DNA of 64,000 nucleotides from contig CAVTQH010000003.1 in the NCBI GenBank assembly GCA_963736875.1, forward strand, positions 129,756 through 193,755, given 5' to 3'. This document shows positions 24,978 to 34,554 of the stretch, piece after piece. This DNA is from Candidatus Amesbacteria bacterium (GTDB taxonomy: Bacteria > Patescibacteriota > Microgenomatia > CAZETR01 > Amesbacteraceae). The notes beneath the pieces are model-generated. The model searched no databases and was not told where the DNA came from. It saw nothing but the letters and a program-made list of their open reading frames with translations. Position numbers and translations under genes: made by a program. Position 1 is the stretch's first letter. Each line of letters starts with the position of its first letter.

Positions 24978-25709
24978 GTGAAGTGTCCCGGGTGTACCAA
25001 GGAGATGGCCAAAATGTCAGTTTTAGGGATGGATGAATCCTTCCGCTGCGGTAGCTGCGGCGGGGTATGGACGGTCGGTTGGGTGATAAATTCTCTGGCA
25101 GAAGGAAAAGGACTGCGGATTGAGGAAGCGAAAATCAAAGGCGGAGGCAAAAAGATGGCGGAGAAGTATCTTTGCCCGGATGACGGAAGCTCGCTTCTGA
25201 GTGGCGAGGGAGACGGATTACCGCAGGTGGTGGAGATGTGGAAGTGCGGGAAGTGCAAACACTGGTTCCTGCCCGGAAACAGTATTTTTGAACTGACCAA
25301 GGCATTTGAAGTGAAAGCGGAATACCGGCGGTTATGGAAGAGGGGCGGTCCGGCGACGGCATTTGTACTGCCGGTGGTTCTGACTGCCGTGCTGATATTG
25401 GGTTTGGGAATGATCGTGACAGCAATCCAAAACCGCCAGCAATTACAGTCAGTGGCAGCATCACCGGTTACGGGAAAAATTTCGGTGGTGTATCTGGGGG
25501 ACAACCGGGCGGAGATAAGATTTATGACCAGCGGAGAAATTGAAATTGCTTTATACAAGCGGGAGCGGGATGACCAGTGGCAGGAGGCGATGATGCTGTC
25601 CCAGGGACAGTGGAAAGCGATTATCGTGTCCGGAGTGAATTTGAGAGAGAAACTGTGGTTGTCGCTTGACGGAAGAGTCTTCAGACTGACAGTGGGACAG
25701 AAACAGTGA
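24978..25709 (+). CDS. Paralog 1 of 3: double zinc-ribbon (MJ0042-type CxxC...CxxCGG) / single TM / C-terminal beta-rich domain protein
   Basis: 'CPGCTKEM...RCGSCGGVW' and 'CPDDGS...KCGKCKHWF', a TM helix 'FVLPVVLTAVLILGLGMIVTAI', and a ~90-aa C-terminal domain. GTG start. Confidence 0.7.
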   Translation: MKCPGCTKEMAKMSVLGMDESFRCGSCGGVWTVGWVINSLAEGKGLRIEEAKIKGGGKKMAEKYLCPDDGSSLLSGEGDGLPQVVEMWKCGKCKHWFLPGNSIFELTKAFEVKAEYRRLWKRGGPATAFVLPVVLTAVLILGLGMIVTAIQNRQQLQSVAASPVTGKISVVYLGDNRAEIRFMTSGEIEIALYKRERDDQWQEAMMLSQGQWKAIIVSGVNLREKLWLSLDGRVFRLTVGQKQ

Positions 25710-25751
25710 CGCAATTTACATTTAAATATTTAAAAATTACAATTAAACTAT

Positions 25752-26471
25752 ATGTTTTGTCCTGATTGCGGGCAGGATTTGGCGGAAGTTTCCGTGACCG
25801 GATTTGACAAGTCACGGCGCTGCGGAAACTGCGGCGGGGTGTTCATGGAAGGCTGGGTGGCCAACCGGGTAGCGGAAGGTCAGATGAAGGAGCTGCCGGA
25901 GGTAAAAACCGATATCGAGAAGTTTACGGGGAAAACCAATAAGTGTCCTGTGGACAATTCACCGCTTTTCGGCTATTCCGGGGACGATATGCCTCCCGAA
26001 GTGGTGGCCTTAAAGTGCAGTCATTGCGGCTGGTGGTGGTTTCCGATGGGCAACCTGGCTAAGTTTAAGCGGGCATATGAAGCCAAAAACAATTATCTTA
26101 AATGGTGGCGCAAAAAAAACGACGTCAGGTTGGTTGCCCTGCCGGTTCTGATGGTTCTGATACTTGCCGTGACACTGGGAATTTCGGTAGCCAATGTCAC
26201 CAGGCGCCAGTCGGTGAGCAGTTTAGCGTCCGTGGGGGCGGAGGAATTCCGGGCTACCTATCTGGGAGGAGGAGTGGAAGAAGTGAAATTCAAAACCAAT
26301 AAAACTCTGCAGTGGGTAATGGTAAAGCGGTTACAGGATGAAGAGTGGGGACCGGCGGATATAGAAGTCTTGGGTGAAGGGTGGTACCGGGTTAGACTTT
26401 CAAATATTGATGAAACCAGCGTATATCAGATGCAGATTTCGGGAGTGAGATATTACTTCAAAGCCAAATAA
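25752..26471 (+). CDS. Paralog 2 of 3: double zinc-ribbon / TM / C-terminal domain protein
   Basis: 'CPDCGQD...RCGNCGGVF' and 'CPVDNS...KCSHCGWWWFP', with a TM helix and a homologous C-terminal domain. Confidence 0.7.
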   Translation: MFCPDCGQDLAEVSVTGFDKSRRCGNCGGVFMEGWVANRVAEGQMKELPEVKTDIEKFTGKTNKCPVDNSPLFGYSGDDMPPEVVALKCSHCGWWWFPMGNLAKFKRAYEAKNNYLKWWRKKNDVRLVALPVLMVLILAVTLGISVANVTRRQSVSSLASVGAEEFRATYLGGGVEEVKFKTNKTLQWVMVKRLQDEEWGPADIEVLGEGWYRVRLSNIDETSVYQMQISGVRYYFKAK

Positions 26472-26516
26472 TTGTGAAGTGTCCTGATTGCTCATACCCC
26501 GCTGACGGAGATATCG

Positions 26517-27191
26517 GTGGAGAGTGGATCGGTTCACCGCTGTTTTAAATGCGGAGGTTTTTGGGTGGATGCGGTGACGGTCAACCAGTTGACATCGCAG
26601 CAGCTGTCGCAGTGGCGCAGAATCAGCTCCATGAATCCGCTGATGGGTCACGGGGGGAAAGGACTTTGCCCGGCCGACCAGACAATACTAACCCGGTATG
26701 TGGGAGAGGCGATTCCGCCCAATATGGTGGTGGTCCGGTGTTCCAGATGCGGCAAGTGGTGGTTTCCCGGAGACAGCCTGTTTTCCTACAAACCGGCGAT
26801 TGAAGCCAAAATAAATTTTCTGCGCCAGTGGGGAGTGACCTCAAATGCGGTATCGCTCGTTCTGCCGGTGCTGACAATTGCAGTTCTGGCACTGGGGACT
26901 CTGACCGGGGTGGATTTGGTACGAAAAAGACAGCAGGCAAACGCGGCTGCAACAATGGGCCTTCGCGAATTGTCAGTGACTTATCAGGGGCAAGGCCGGG
27001 GGCTGGTGTTATTTAAACTTAACCAGCAGGTTGGGCAAATAGAGTACAAGAGAGCGGGTGCGTGGATGTGGAATAAAGCGGAAGTGACTGCCCGGGACGG
27101 ATATTATCTGGGGAATCTGACAGGGCTTTCGGAAGGAGCGGAATATTTTCTGAAAGTGGCGGGGAAGGAAGTCAAGTTTACGGCGAAATAA
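26517..27191 (+). CDS. Paralog 3 of 3: its first zinc ribbon is disrupted by a 1-nt insertion in a C4 run (26497-26500); the intact reading would start at GTG 26474
   Basis: From GTG 26474 frame A gives 'VKCPDCSYP...' then a stop. Frame +1 continues as 'LTEISVESGSVHRCFKCGGFW', which aligns to paralog 2 'LAEVSVTGFDKSRRCGNCGGVF'. The downstream region is colinear with the paralogs. Confidence 0.6.
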   Translation: MESGSVHRCFKCGGFWVDAVTVNQLTSQQLSQWRRISSMNPLMGHGGKGLCPADQTILTRYVGEAIPPNMVVVRCSRCGKWWFPGDSLFSYKPAIEAKINFLRQWGVTSNAVSLVLPVLTIAVLALGTLTGVDLVRKRQQANAAATMGLRELSVTYQGQGRGLVLFKLNQQVGQIEYKRAGAWMWNKAEVTARDGYYLGNLTGLSEGAEYFLKVAGKEVKFTAK

Positions 27192-27192
27192 T

Positions 27193-27396
27193 TTAAGCAG
27201 TTTTTGGAGTCATTCCCAGAAGCCAGAGGATGGCTTCTTTTTTATAGCGGCGGTCACCCCGGGAGTTGATGCGGATGGGAACCAGTTTGCCGCGCTTGCC
27301 CCAGCGTTTGATGGTGAGAGTGGAGACTCGGAGAACCTGGGCGACTTCACGGACAGTGAGAAGATCCGGCAGTGAATCGAGGTTCAGAGATGTCAT
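27193..27396 (-). CDS. Small HTH DNA-binding protein, AlpA/excisionase (MerR-superfamily HTH_17)-like
   Basis: 'LLTVREVAQVLRVSTLTIKRWGKRGKLVPIRINSRGDRRYKKEAILWL' fits the AlpA/Xis pattern of HTH followed by a beta wing. Confidence 0.7.
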   Translation of the reverse strand: MTSLNLDSLPDLLTVREVAQVLRVSTLTIKRWGKRGKLVPIRINSRGDRRYKKEAILWLLGMTPKTA

Positions 27397-27407
27397 CTGA
27401 TATAGAA

Positions 27408-27434
27408 ATTATCACTTTGATGGGGAAGTGTCAA
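27408..27434 (-). promoter_or_regulatory. Promoter for the HTH gene: TTGACA-N15-GATAAT on the minus strand
   Basis: Plus-strand 'tgtcaa' at 27429-27434 and 'attatc' at 27408-27413. The ATG (27396) lies 11 nt downstream of the -10 box with no SD. Confidence 0.45.
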
Positions 27435-27454
27435 GTATTTGCATTACTTAATGT

Positions 27455-30400
27455 TTACGGGGTTCCGGTGACCGGGGCGATGCGGACAGCTCCTTCGTTA
27501 TAGACACCGCTGACTTGCTCCTGAGTAAGAGGGTAATTCCATATCTTTACCTCGTCGATTTTGCCTGAAAAATGTTGGTCCGCGCCAAGGTTATACGACC
27601 CAATACATAAAGAAGCTACTTCATCGCTCGGGTCACTTGTTTCTGATGCAGAATAAACCTGATTTCCATTAATATAGATTCTGAAAGTATCATTTATCGT
27701 ATCGAATACACAAACCGCATGGTACCAGGTTCCGGTTATACCATTAAATGAAGTTACATCGTGGTCATGATACGTACTCCCACCGATTCCAAATCCACAG
27801 TTTAGGTCGTCGGCGTCATTTATCTCTAAAAAGTAGCCATCGGCGCTGTCGCTTTTATTGACTAGTGTATCCCAGTTTCCGCTGCCCGGCCAGGCGTTTG
27901 CGTTAAACCATGCCGCAAGAGAGAATGAGCCGGTAAATTGTTGAGGATAATCATCAAAGATTTCTACATAATCCCCGGTACCGTCAAATGTTCCGCCATT
28001 ATTTATTTTTCCGGTTGCGGTTGTCGCATCTCCGCCCCTGACACCATGCATATTGTTTCCTGAAGAGTCTTTTACCTCTTCGGATGTCCCATCCCAAGAG
28101 CTCTCATCAAGTTTCCACCAGCCTACAGGTTTTCCCCGGTTATAGTCCCAGGCGATCTGGGCCGGGGTGCGGACATAATTGTATAACCTGGCTTCGTCGA
28201 TCTTACCTTTGACGGGATAAGATGCGTCACTGAATTCAATACCTCCGCTTCTGTTTTCCATGGCAACATATGTACCGACGTTGTCATCCAGATTGTCGAC
28301 TCTGATGCCGTCAAGATATATTTTGATGCCGCCGGCAGTACCGCTGCCGTCGTAGGTGGCTTCCACATGGTGCCATTGGTTAAGGGTGAAGGTGCCGGCG
28401 TCGAATCTGCGGCCGATCCTGGCACCGGCGCTGTAATCGTATAGAAAAAATTTGAGAGTGGGGGTACTGCTGATCTGGAGAGTGTATTCATTACCTTTAT
28501 CAACCATAATTTGGGCGCTGGCGCTTTGACTGAAGTTTACCCAGACAGAGACAGAAAAGGGGGAATCAGTGGTGCCGTTGCCGAAGGTGTGAAGATCGGT
28601 GTCGGAGGCTTGGGAACGATCATCTGTACCGTTGAAGTTGCCGGCAGAGCCAAATATTCCACTGGCCCAGTGGACAGGTCCGGTACCGTAAATAGTGGTG
28701 GGATAGTTATTACCCGAGCTGTCGATGTAGGAGGTGCCGGTATTTTCATCGAACTTCCATTCTCCGACCGGGGGGTTGCAGGTGCCGGTGTCTCCGGGAG
28801 GACAATATGAGCGGGCAGCGGAGGTCATGGTGGCAGAAGAGGAGGCGGTGGAAAGAACTCCCATAGAGGCGGCAAAGCCCTGGTTATAAAGAAGTTTTAC
28901 CTGGTCGGCTGTCAGGGTGGTGTTGAAGACTTTGACTTCGTCGATCAAACCGGGAAAACCGCCGGTCAAGGGAGTGTAGCTTCTGATACCGATAGTCATG
29001 TCAGCAGTTTCACTGATGGAGCCGGTATGGGTGCCGGTGGTTTCAAGAGCACCGTTGATGTACAGATTACCCTGTGAGGAATCGGAAGTGCAAGTTACAT
29101 GGTACCACTGCCCGGTGCTGATGGTGGTGGTGGAGTTCAGATTCTGGCCGTTGTAGCCGCATCTGACGGTATCATCACTGTAGACGTTAAGAAACCAGCC
29201 GTCGGAAGCGCTGTCCTGGTTGCTGACAAGATATTCAATGGCACCACTGTCGGTATCCCTTCTGATCCAGGCAGAGACGGTGAAGTCGTTGGTTGACAGC
29301 AGGTTCCATTCACCGGTAGCAACTGCATAATCATCGGTACCGGTGGTGCTTAATTTCATGGATTTTCCGTACTTGCCGTCGTTTGACCAGGAGGGGCAGG
29401 CATCATCAGCTCCCGTGGGGCAGGTGGTGCCTGTTCCGGCCAAATTAGCACCAGGGGTAGCCGTACCGGAGTTGTTGGCCGTATCACCATAACCTTCATC
29501 AAACTTGTACCAGAAAAGGGAACTGCCTACCGGACTTCCGGGGGCCGGATGGCCGGCATTCATGTCTTCGATTATCTGGGCGGGAGTGCGGGCGTAGTTA
29601 TAGATTTTGGCATCATCCATTTGACCAACATATTCATATCCTGATCCATCCCCCCCCAAGGCAAAGGTGTAAGTGGAATCGAAGGATGTGTTTATTAAAT
29701 CAGTCTCATCGGATGATGCCAGAAGGACTCCGTCTAAGTATATTTTTCCGGTATCTGTTGTGGCTGACCGTGACAAAGTGACCGTTAAGTAATGCCATAA
29801 TCCGTTCCATGTAACTATGGAGGGAGAGTAATAATAATCTCTCTGAGTGCCGTTGCCGGTCTGAAAAGCTATTCTGGTGTTTGAATAATCCCACCACAAC
29901 CAATAACCGGGGTCCGTCGCGCCACTGGCTGCGCCTTTGTATATTATTGTCATAGGGTGCGTAGTGGATGGATTGGGTTTTACCCATAAACCCAAAGTAA
30001 AACTTCCGGTAGAAGCATCAAGTCCACCATTATTTAAAGTCCATGTTCCGCCGGGATCTGTTTTTTCACCGTGTCCTCCTGTACTTGAATAGTCCACACC
30101 TCCTCCATATTTACCAGGTTTCCATTTGTAACCGGTCAAGGTTAAGTTATTACCTTTACCGCTGGTGTCATAAGCGGTACTACCGGTGTTTTCATCAAGT
30201 TTCCATTCAGCGATCGGTCCCGGAGCCCAGTTATAGAGCTGTCGGACTTCAGAGGGGGTAAAGGCACGGTTGTACAGACGGACTTCATCCAGAGTGCCGT
30301 CGTAATAATTAGAACCAACCCGGCCGATATAAAACTGATCGGCGTTGATAGCGGTATCGGATGTGACGGTAACCAAAGACCAGGTATTGGCAGAAAGGGT

Positions 30401-33400
30401 GGTACCGGCAACACCGTTAACATAGATTTGGGGGTTGGTGAAACCGTTGGCTGAAATAACACCCGAAGAGTTGGACTGGATGTTTGCGGAGGAGGAAAGA
30501 TTAATATAATAATTTGTAAGAGCATCGGGATTGGTCCAGAAAGAAACAGATTTAATGCTGTCCATTCCCGATACAGATACATCAGTAACCCGTACTTCAG
30601 CCTGATAAGCATATACGGTTGAACCTATTATGTTTAAAGCGCCGAAACTTACGGATAAAGATTGTAATTTACTCCATGTCCATCCGCCACTTGGTTCATC
30701 AAGTGTAGTGTATCCAGTCCACTGACAAGTAGTTCCGGCGGCATTCACATATCCCAATGAATCTCCACCATCATACGCAGATGCTCTTACTGATCCTGAA
30801 GTTCCCAAAGCAGAACGGCAGCCATAAAGTCGTAATTCTACCTGAGATGTTGGGCATCCGTTTGCAGGGGCGTTTGTTCCGCCTCCAGTTAAAGCACCAG
30901 GTTCCGACCCATTATTACAACTTGCACTCGTAGACGTTAAACTATCAAAAGCATCTGCATCATTACTCCAATCAGATTCTGTATCGGTGGGACCGCTATC
31001 GCTGGCATTAAAGTAGTAATCATGAGTCGAACCATCACAAGTACTAAGATATTGCGAAGATCCGGGAACATGTTCCGAACCGTTTGCGAATTTTCCGGAC
31101 GCAATTGCAACAGTATTGTTATCTGCCAGTGAATTGCCATTTCCCGAATAGTCAGTTCTTGATAAACCCGAAGTTGTTTCATCCATCTTCCAGTAACCAA
31201 CCAAACCATTGGAAAGGTAACTGTTGTCGGGGCCAAAGCGGGCAGAGGACCCGTCGGATGAACCGCGGGAGGTATAAATAGCTTTGATTTGATCAGCGGT
31301 TAACTGAGCGGCGTTGAAGCGGACTTCGTCCATGAATCCGGTAAGATAACCGGTTGAGTAATTTCCCAAAACCATTGATGAACCGCTTACGGTTGTTCCG
31401 GTTGTGACCGCCACATGCTGCCATTGGTTTGCAGTCAGGACCGGGGAAATTGTTGCCCGGCCGTTGATGTAAAAAGCGGGCGAGGTAAAACCTGTTGCGG
31501 ACAGATTTCCGGAGCCGTCTGTTTCTATCCTTGTACTTCCGCCAAGGTCTGCAAGAGCGATACTGGCAATTGTATTCGGTCTGATCCACATGGATACCGT
31601 TTTTATATTCATGTTCGATGCCAATGTAACTTTTGCAGCGGAGCCTTCAAAATAAAGACATTTACCCGATACACACATATCTTCTGTCTGCCAAGTGGGA
31701 AGGCCGCTACCTGCGAGTGTTCCGTTGATGGCATTTGAACCTGCGTTGGCCGAATCTGCGGTGGTTGTACCGTAGCCCTCATCCATCGGCCAGTAGGCAT
31801 TGGTTGCCGCGGGAGTCGGAGTCGGGGTCGGCTCTGTTTCTTCACCGGTGGGTAAACCGGCGTAAGGAACCCGGGAGGAATCGGCCGTTGGAGAGGTTGA
31901 AGGTGCCCCGGAATCGGTATAATCAACGTGGATTCTTCCGTTGCCTCCGTCACCCCCGCCGGCAATGTTTGTACCTTCGCCTCCGTCACCCCCGCCAAGA
32001 GAGGTTACCAAACTCGTTCCCAGTGTATCGGTGATTGTTTTAATAAGGACCGAACCTCCGGCACCGCCTCCTCCGTTACCGCCGTGCGTTGTTGCCTGAG
32101 TTGTCGTTTGACCCGTTGCCTGAATATAACCGTCATTGGTAGAATCCAGGGTAACCGTATTGGCACTGATATATACAATTCCTCCGCCGGTTCCTCCGTT
32201 TGTGCCGTCGGCACCATCATCTCCTGCTCCTCCACCTCCGCCGCCGGAGCCAAAAAAGATAGTGGTCAGCGCTGCCGAGCCATATGTTCCTCCTCCTCCG
32301 CCACCGGCACCGGTTCCGTTTACGTTGGCAACTCCGCCTCCTCCGGCGCCCTGGGTAGATCCGCTTCCTACACTGCCACCACCGCCGGTTCCGTTACCAC
32401 AGCCCGAGCCGCCCGAACCGGCGCTTCCGGCATTACCACCTGCCATACCACCCGATGCGCCTCCCGATGTGTCCAGACACGCACCACCCCCCCCGCCGCC
32501 GGCAGTTCCCGCACTGCCTCCGGTGCCGCCGGTACCGCCGGTGCCGCCGGGAGGGCTGGGATCATCACTATTACTGCCTCCTCCGCCGCCGCCGCCTGCA
32601 TATCCTCCCCCTCCTCCTCCGGCACCGCCTCCGGTGGAGTTATCATCCGATCCGGCTGAACCTCCTCCTCCGCCTGCACCGGTAGCTACCCCGTCGGCAG
32701 CTCCGCCGGGATTACTTCCCGCTGCCCCGTCGCCGGCTCTTCCGCCGCCCCGGGATTCACCGCCGCTAGATCCGTTACCTCCGCGGCCTGATGCTGTTCC
32801 GTCGTAACTTTCTCCTGTATTTCCGCCTATTTCTGTCAGAGTACCGGCAGTTCCCCCCGCATATCCCAAGGAATTTGCGTTGATGGTGCAGGCTGTTGCA
32901 GTACAACCCGAGGCGTTAACGGTACCTGTTGCCCGAAACGCCATCACACCACCTCTGAAATTAGTTGTTCCGTCCCATGCCGACGGGGTGAAGTCGGTTC
33001 CGGAGTTGGAGAGAGTAACACCGGTATAATTGGGAATCCTTTGGACCATTATTTTATCAGCCGTGCCGTTGTATCCGTTTACGAGGTTTCTGTCCAAAGT
33101 CAGGGTGGCGGTGGAGATGGTGGTAATCCGTCTGGTTTCGTATTGCCCGGCATTTGTTCCGCGTAAATTAATAATTAAAATTTCGTCTCCGACAGCCAGA
33201 CAGCCGGAACTCGGGGTGGATGAAAGGACAATCTGATTTGTTCCGGATGACCGGTTTTCTGTAACGGAGTAATTGACCGCGTCGCCGCCGTCGGAACATG
33301 ATCTTCCGGAAATAGAAGTAGCGGTATTAATGTTGGTATCGGCGGTTATACTTATCGAGCCATCCCTGCCGCTTCCGATGTTTATGCCCGTGGGATTGGA

Positions 33401-33832
33401 AGAGAGGGTGGTTGTTCCGTCTGTAGCTCCGGAATTGCCGTAATACATATACATGGTTGTGGCACCGGCGGGCAGGCTTGTGTAAGTAACCCAGACCACT
33501 GTTTTTCCTGATGAAGCGCTGCTGACACAATATTCCTCGTAGTAATCAAGAACAGTGGTGCCGTCGCTTTTGGTAAAGATCAGGTCATCACAGTCTGACT
33601 GGAGTTTGGTGTCATTGATCAAGGTATAAGTATCCACGGCGACCATGATGGTATAAGTGGCTGATGAGCTGTTATTGGTAATGGAAATTGCCTGACGATA
33701 AAGCCAGCTTGAGTTATACCAGGCGGCTCTGACTTTGGAAGTACGGAAGAAGATTAGAGAAATCAGGGCAAAGACCAGAACCAGAGAAGATGTGCGGGAA
33801 AGCAGGCGGATTAGTTGTTTACGTTTTTTCAT
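27455..33832 (-). CDS. Giant secreted/anchored surface protein (2125 aa) with a DUF2341-like N-terminus, multiple LamG/Laminin_G_3 (concanavalin-like) domains and a ~300-aa Gly-rich low-complexity region
   Basis: N-terminal TM/signal followed by 'AAWYNSSWLYRQAISITN'. There are repeated 'DEVR(I/L)YN(R/Y)A.T..E(V/I)' Laminin_G_3 hallmark motifs. The shared linker 'PAQIIEDMNAGHPAPGSPVGS' is also found in the 2032- and 2904-aa proteins. The Gly-rich block spans ~32000-32800. Confidence 0.8.
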   Translation of the reverse strand: MKKRKQLIRLLSRTSSLVLVFALISLIFFRTSKVRAAWYNSSWLYRQAISITNNSSSATYTIMVAVDTYTLINDTKLQSDCDDLIFTKSDGTTVLDYYEEYCVSSASSGKTVVWVTYTSLPAGATTMYMYYGNSGATDGTTTLSSNPTGINIGSGRDGSISITADTNINTATSISGRSCSDGGDAVNYSVTENRSSGTNQIVLSSTPSSGCLAVGDEILIINLRGTNAGQYETRRITTISTATLTLDRNLVNGYNGTADKIMVQRIPNYTGVTLSNSGTDFTPSAWDGTTNFRGGVMAFRATGTVNASGCTATACTINANSLGYAGGTAGTLTEIGGNTGESYDGTASGRGGNGSSGGESRGGGRAGDGAAGSNPGGAADGVATGAGGGGGSAGSDDNSTGGGAGGGGGGYAGGGGGGGSNSDDPSPPGGTGGTGGTGGSAGTAGGGGGGACLDTSGGASGGMAGGNAGSAGSGGSGCGNGTGGGGSVGSGSTQGAGGGGVANVNGTGAGGGGGGTYGSAALTTIFFGSGGGGGGAGDDGADGTNGGTGGGIVYISANTVTLDSTNDGYIQATGQTTTQATTHGGNGGGGAGGSVLIKTITDTLGTSLVTSLGGGDGGEGTNIAGGGDGGNGRIHVDYTDSGAPSTSPTADSSRVPYAGLPTGEETEPTPTPTPAATNAYWPMDEGYGTTTADSANAGSNAINGTLAGSGLPTWQTEDMCVSGKCLYFEGSAAKVTLASNMNIKTVSMWIRPNTIASIALADLGGSTRIETDGSGNLSATGFTSPAFYINGRATISPVLTANQWQHVAVTTGTTVSGSSMVLGNYSTGYLTGFMDEVRFNAAQLTADQIKAIYTSRGSSDGSSARFGPDNSYLSNGLVGYWKMDETTSGLSRTDYSGNGNSLADNNTVAIASGKFANGSEHVPGSSQYLSTCDGSTHDYYFNASDSGPTDTESDWSNDADAFDSLTSTSASCNNGSEPGALTGGGTNAPANGCPTSQVELRLYGCRSALGTSGSVRASAYDGGDSLGYVNAAGTTCQWTGYTTLDEPSGGWTWSKLQSLSVSFGALNIIGSTVYAYQAEVRVTDVSVSGMDSIKSVSFWTNPDALTNYYINLSSSANIQSNSSGVISANGFTNPQIYVNGVAGTTLSANTWSLVTVTSDTAINADQFYIGRVGSNYYDGTLDEVRLYNRAFTPSEVRQLYNWAPGPIAEWKLDENTGSTAYDTSGKGNNLTLTGYKWKPGKYGGGVDYSSTGGHGEKTDPGGTWTLNNGGLDASTGSFTLGLWVKPNPSTTHPMTIIYKGAASGATDPGYWLWWDYSNTRIAFQTGNGTQRDYYYSPSIVTWNGLWHYLTVTLSRSATTDTGKIYLDGVLLASSDETDLINTSFDSTYTFALGGDGSGYEYVGQMDDAKIYNYARTPAQIIEDMNAGHPAPGSPVGSSLFWYKFDEGYGDTANNSGTATPGANLAGTGTTCPTGADDACPSWSNDGKYGKSMKLSTTGTDDYAVATGEWNLLSTNDFTVSAWIRRDTDSGAIEYLVSNQDSASDGWFLNVYSDDTVRCGYNGQNLNSTTTISTGQWYHVTCTSDSSQGNLYINGALETTGTHTGSISETADMTIGIRSYTPLTGGFPGLIDEVKVFNTTLTADQVKLLYNQGFAASMGVLSTASSSATMTSAARSYCPPGDTGTCNPPVGEWKFDENTGTSYIDSSGNNYPTTIYGTGPVHWASGIFGSAGNFNGTDDRSQASDTDLHTFGNGTTDSPFSVSVWVNFSQSASAQIMVDKGNEYTLQISSTPTLKFFLYDYSAGARIGRRFDAGTFTLNQWHHVEATYDGSGTAGGIKIYLDGIRVDNLDDNVGTYVAMENRSGGIEFSDASYPVKGKIDEARLYNYVRTPAQIAWDYNRGKPVGWWKLDESSWDGTSEEVKDSSGNNMHGVRGGDATTATGKINNGGTFDGTGDYVEIFDDYPQQFTGSFSLAAWFNANAWPGSGNWDTLVNKSDSADGYFLEINDADDLNCGFGIGGSTYHDHDVTSFNGITGTWYHAVCVFDTINDTFRIYINGNQVYSASETSDPSDEVASLCIGSYNLGADQHFSGKIDEVKIWNYPLTQEQVSGVYNEGAVRIAPVTGTP

Positions 33833-34554
33833 AGTATTTCATTTTCCAACTGGTTTAATACTTCGAATTTTAAAGACTTGCGGATTGTCTGATACTTGTC
33901 TGAGGGTAACAGTGTATTAAGGTCCTCATTTATAGCAGTGCCGGTAACCTTTTGTTCGATAAAGGATTTAAGAGCAACCAGAAATTCTTTTACCGGAAGA
34001 CCGGTTCTTTCTTTGATGATACCTGTATCGTATTTGTACCCGCTGATAAAAAAGTGGTGGATGTCGTAAATATCCCTGCCGGCGATTGAACCATGTTTTT
34101 CGTATCTGTCCAGAACAGCTACCAACTTGTGAGCGAACATGGTTTCTACCGTTTGACAAATCAGGTAACGGTCTATTTCGGATAAATAAGAGGGGAGATG
34201 TTTATCAGACAGAAACGGGTGATTGACGGCGTCGATCTTTATGCTATTTCTTTGATTGTTTTGGGCTTCATATCGGACTACATATTGGATCGAATTGATA
34301 CTTTGGTCTTTAATTTCCAGGTTGAGTGTTTTAAACGTTTTTTCCAGATGGTTTTTTATAGTTTTAATATTTGCTTCTTTTTGAATATCGAAATCAAGGT
34401 CGACAGAAAACCTGTCCAGCCGGCCAAGCATGGAAGCGCAGGTACCACCTTTAAAAATAAGAGAATTAGTTAAAATGTTATTGTCGGCAATTTCGATTAA
34501 CAGACGGTAGAGCTGACCCCGATGGATGGCGTCTGTGGCTTTGGGCAGTATCAT
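33829..34554 (-). CDS. abiEii: AbiEii/AbiGii-family nucleotidyltransferase toxin (DUF1814)
   Basis: 'LIFKGGTCASMLGRLDRFSVDLDFD' matches the AbiEii KGGTAL...RFSEDLDF motif. Its stop overlaps the start of the 2125-aa gene by 4 nt. A sampled 60-mer is ~38% GC. Confidence 0.8.
   Translation of the reverse strand: MILPKATDAIHRGQLYRLLIEIADNNILTNSLIFKGGTCASMLGRLDRFSVDLDFDIQKEANIKTIKNHLEKTFKTLNLEIKDQSINSIQYVVRYEAQNNQRNSIKIDAVNHPFLSDKHLPSYLSEIDRYLICQTVETMFAHKLVAVLDRYEKHGSIAGRDIYDIHHFFISGYKYDTGIIKERTGLPVKEFLVALKSFIEQKVTGTAINEDLNTLLPSDKYQTIRKSLKFEVLNQLENEIL

Noticed and set aside
32136-32807. Pro-rich 223-aa plus-strand ORF
   Set aside because: It is the reverse-complement reading of the Gly-rich (GGN codons read as NCC) tract of the 2125-aa minus-strand gene. 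It has no independent start context.
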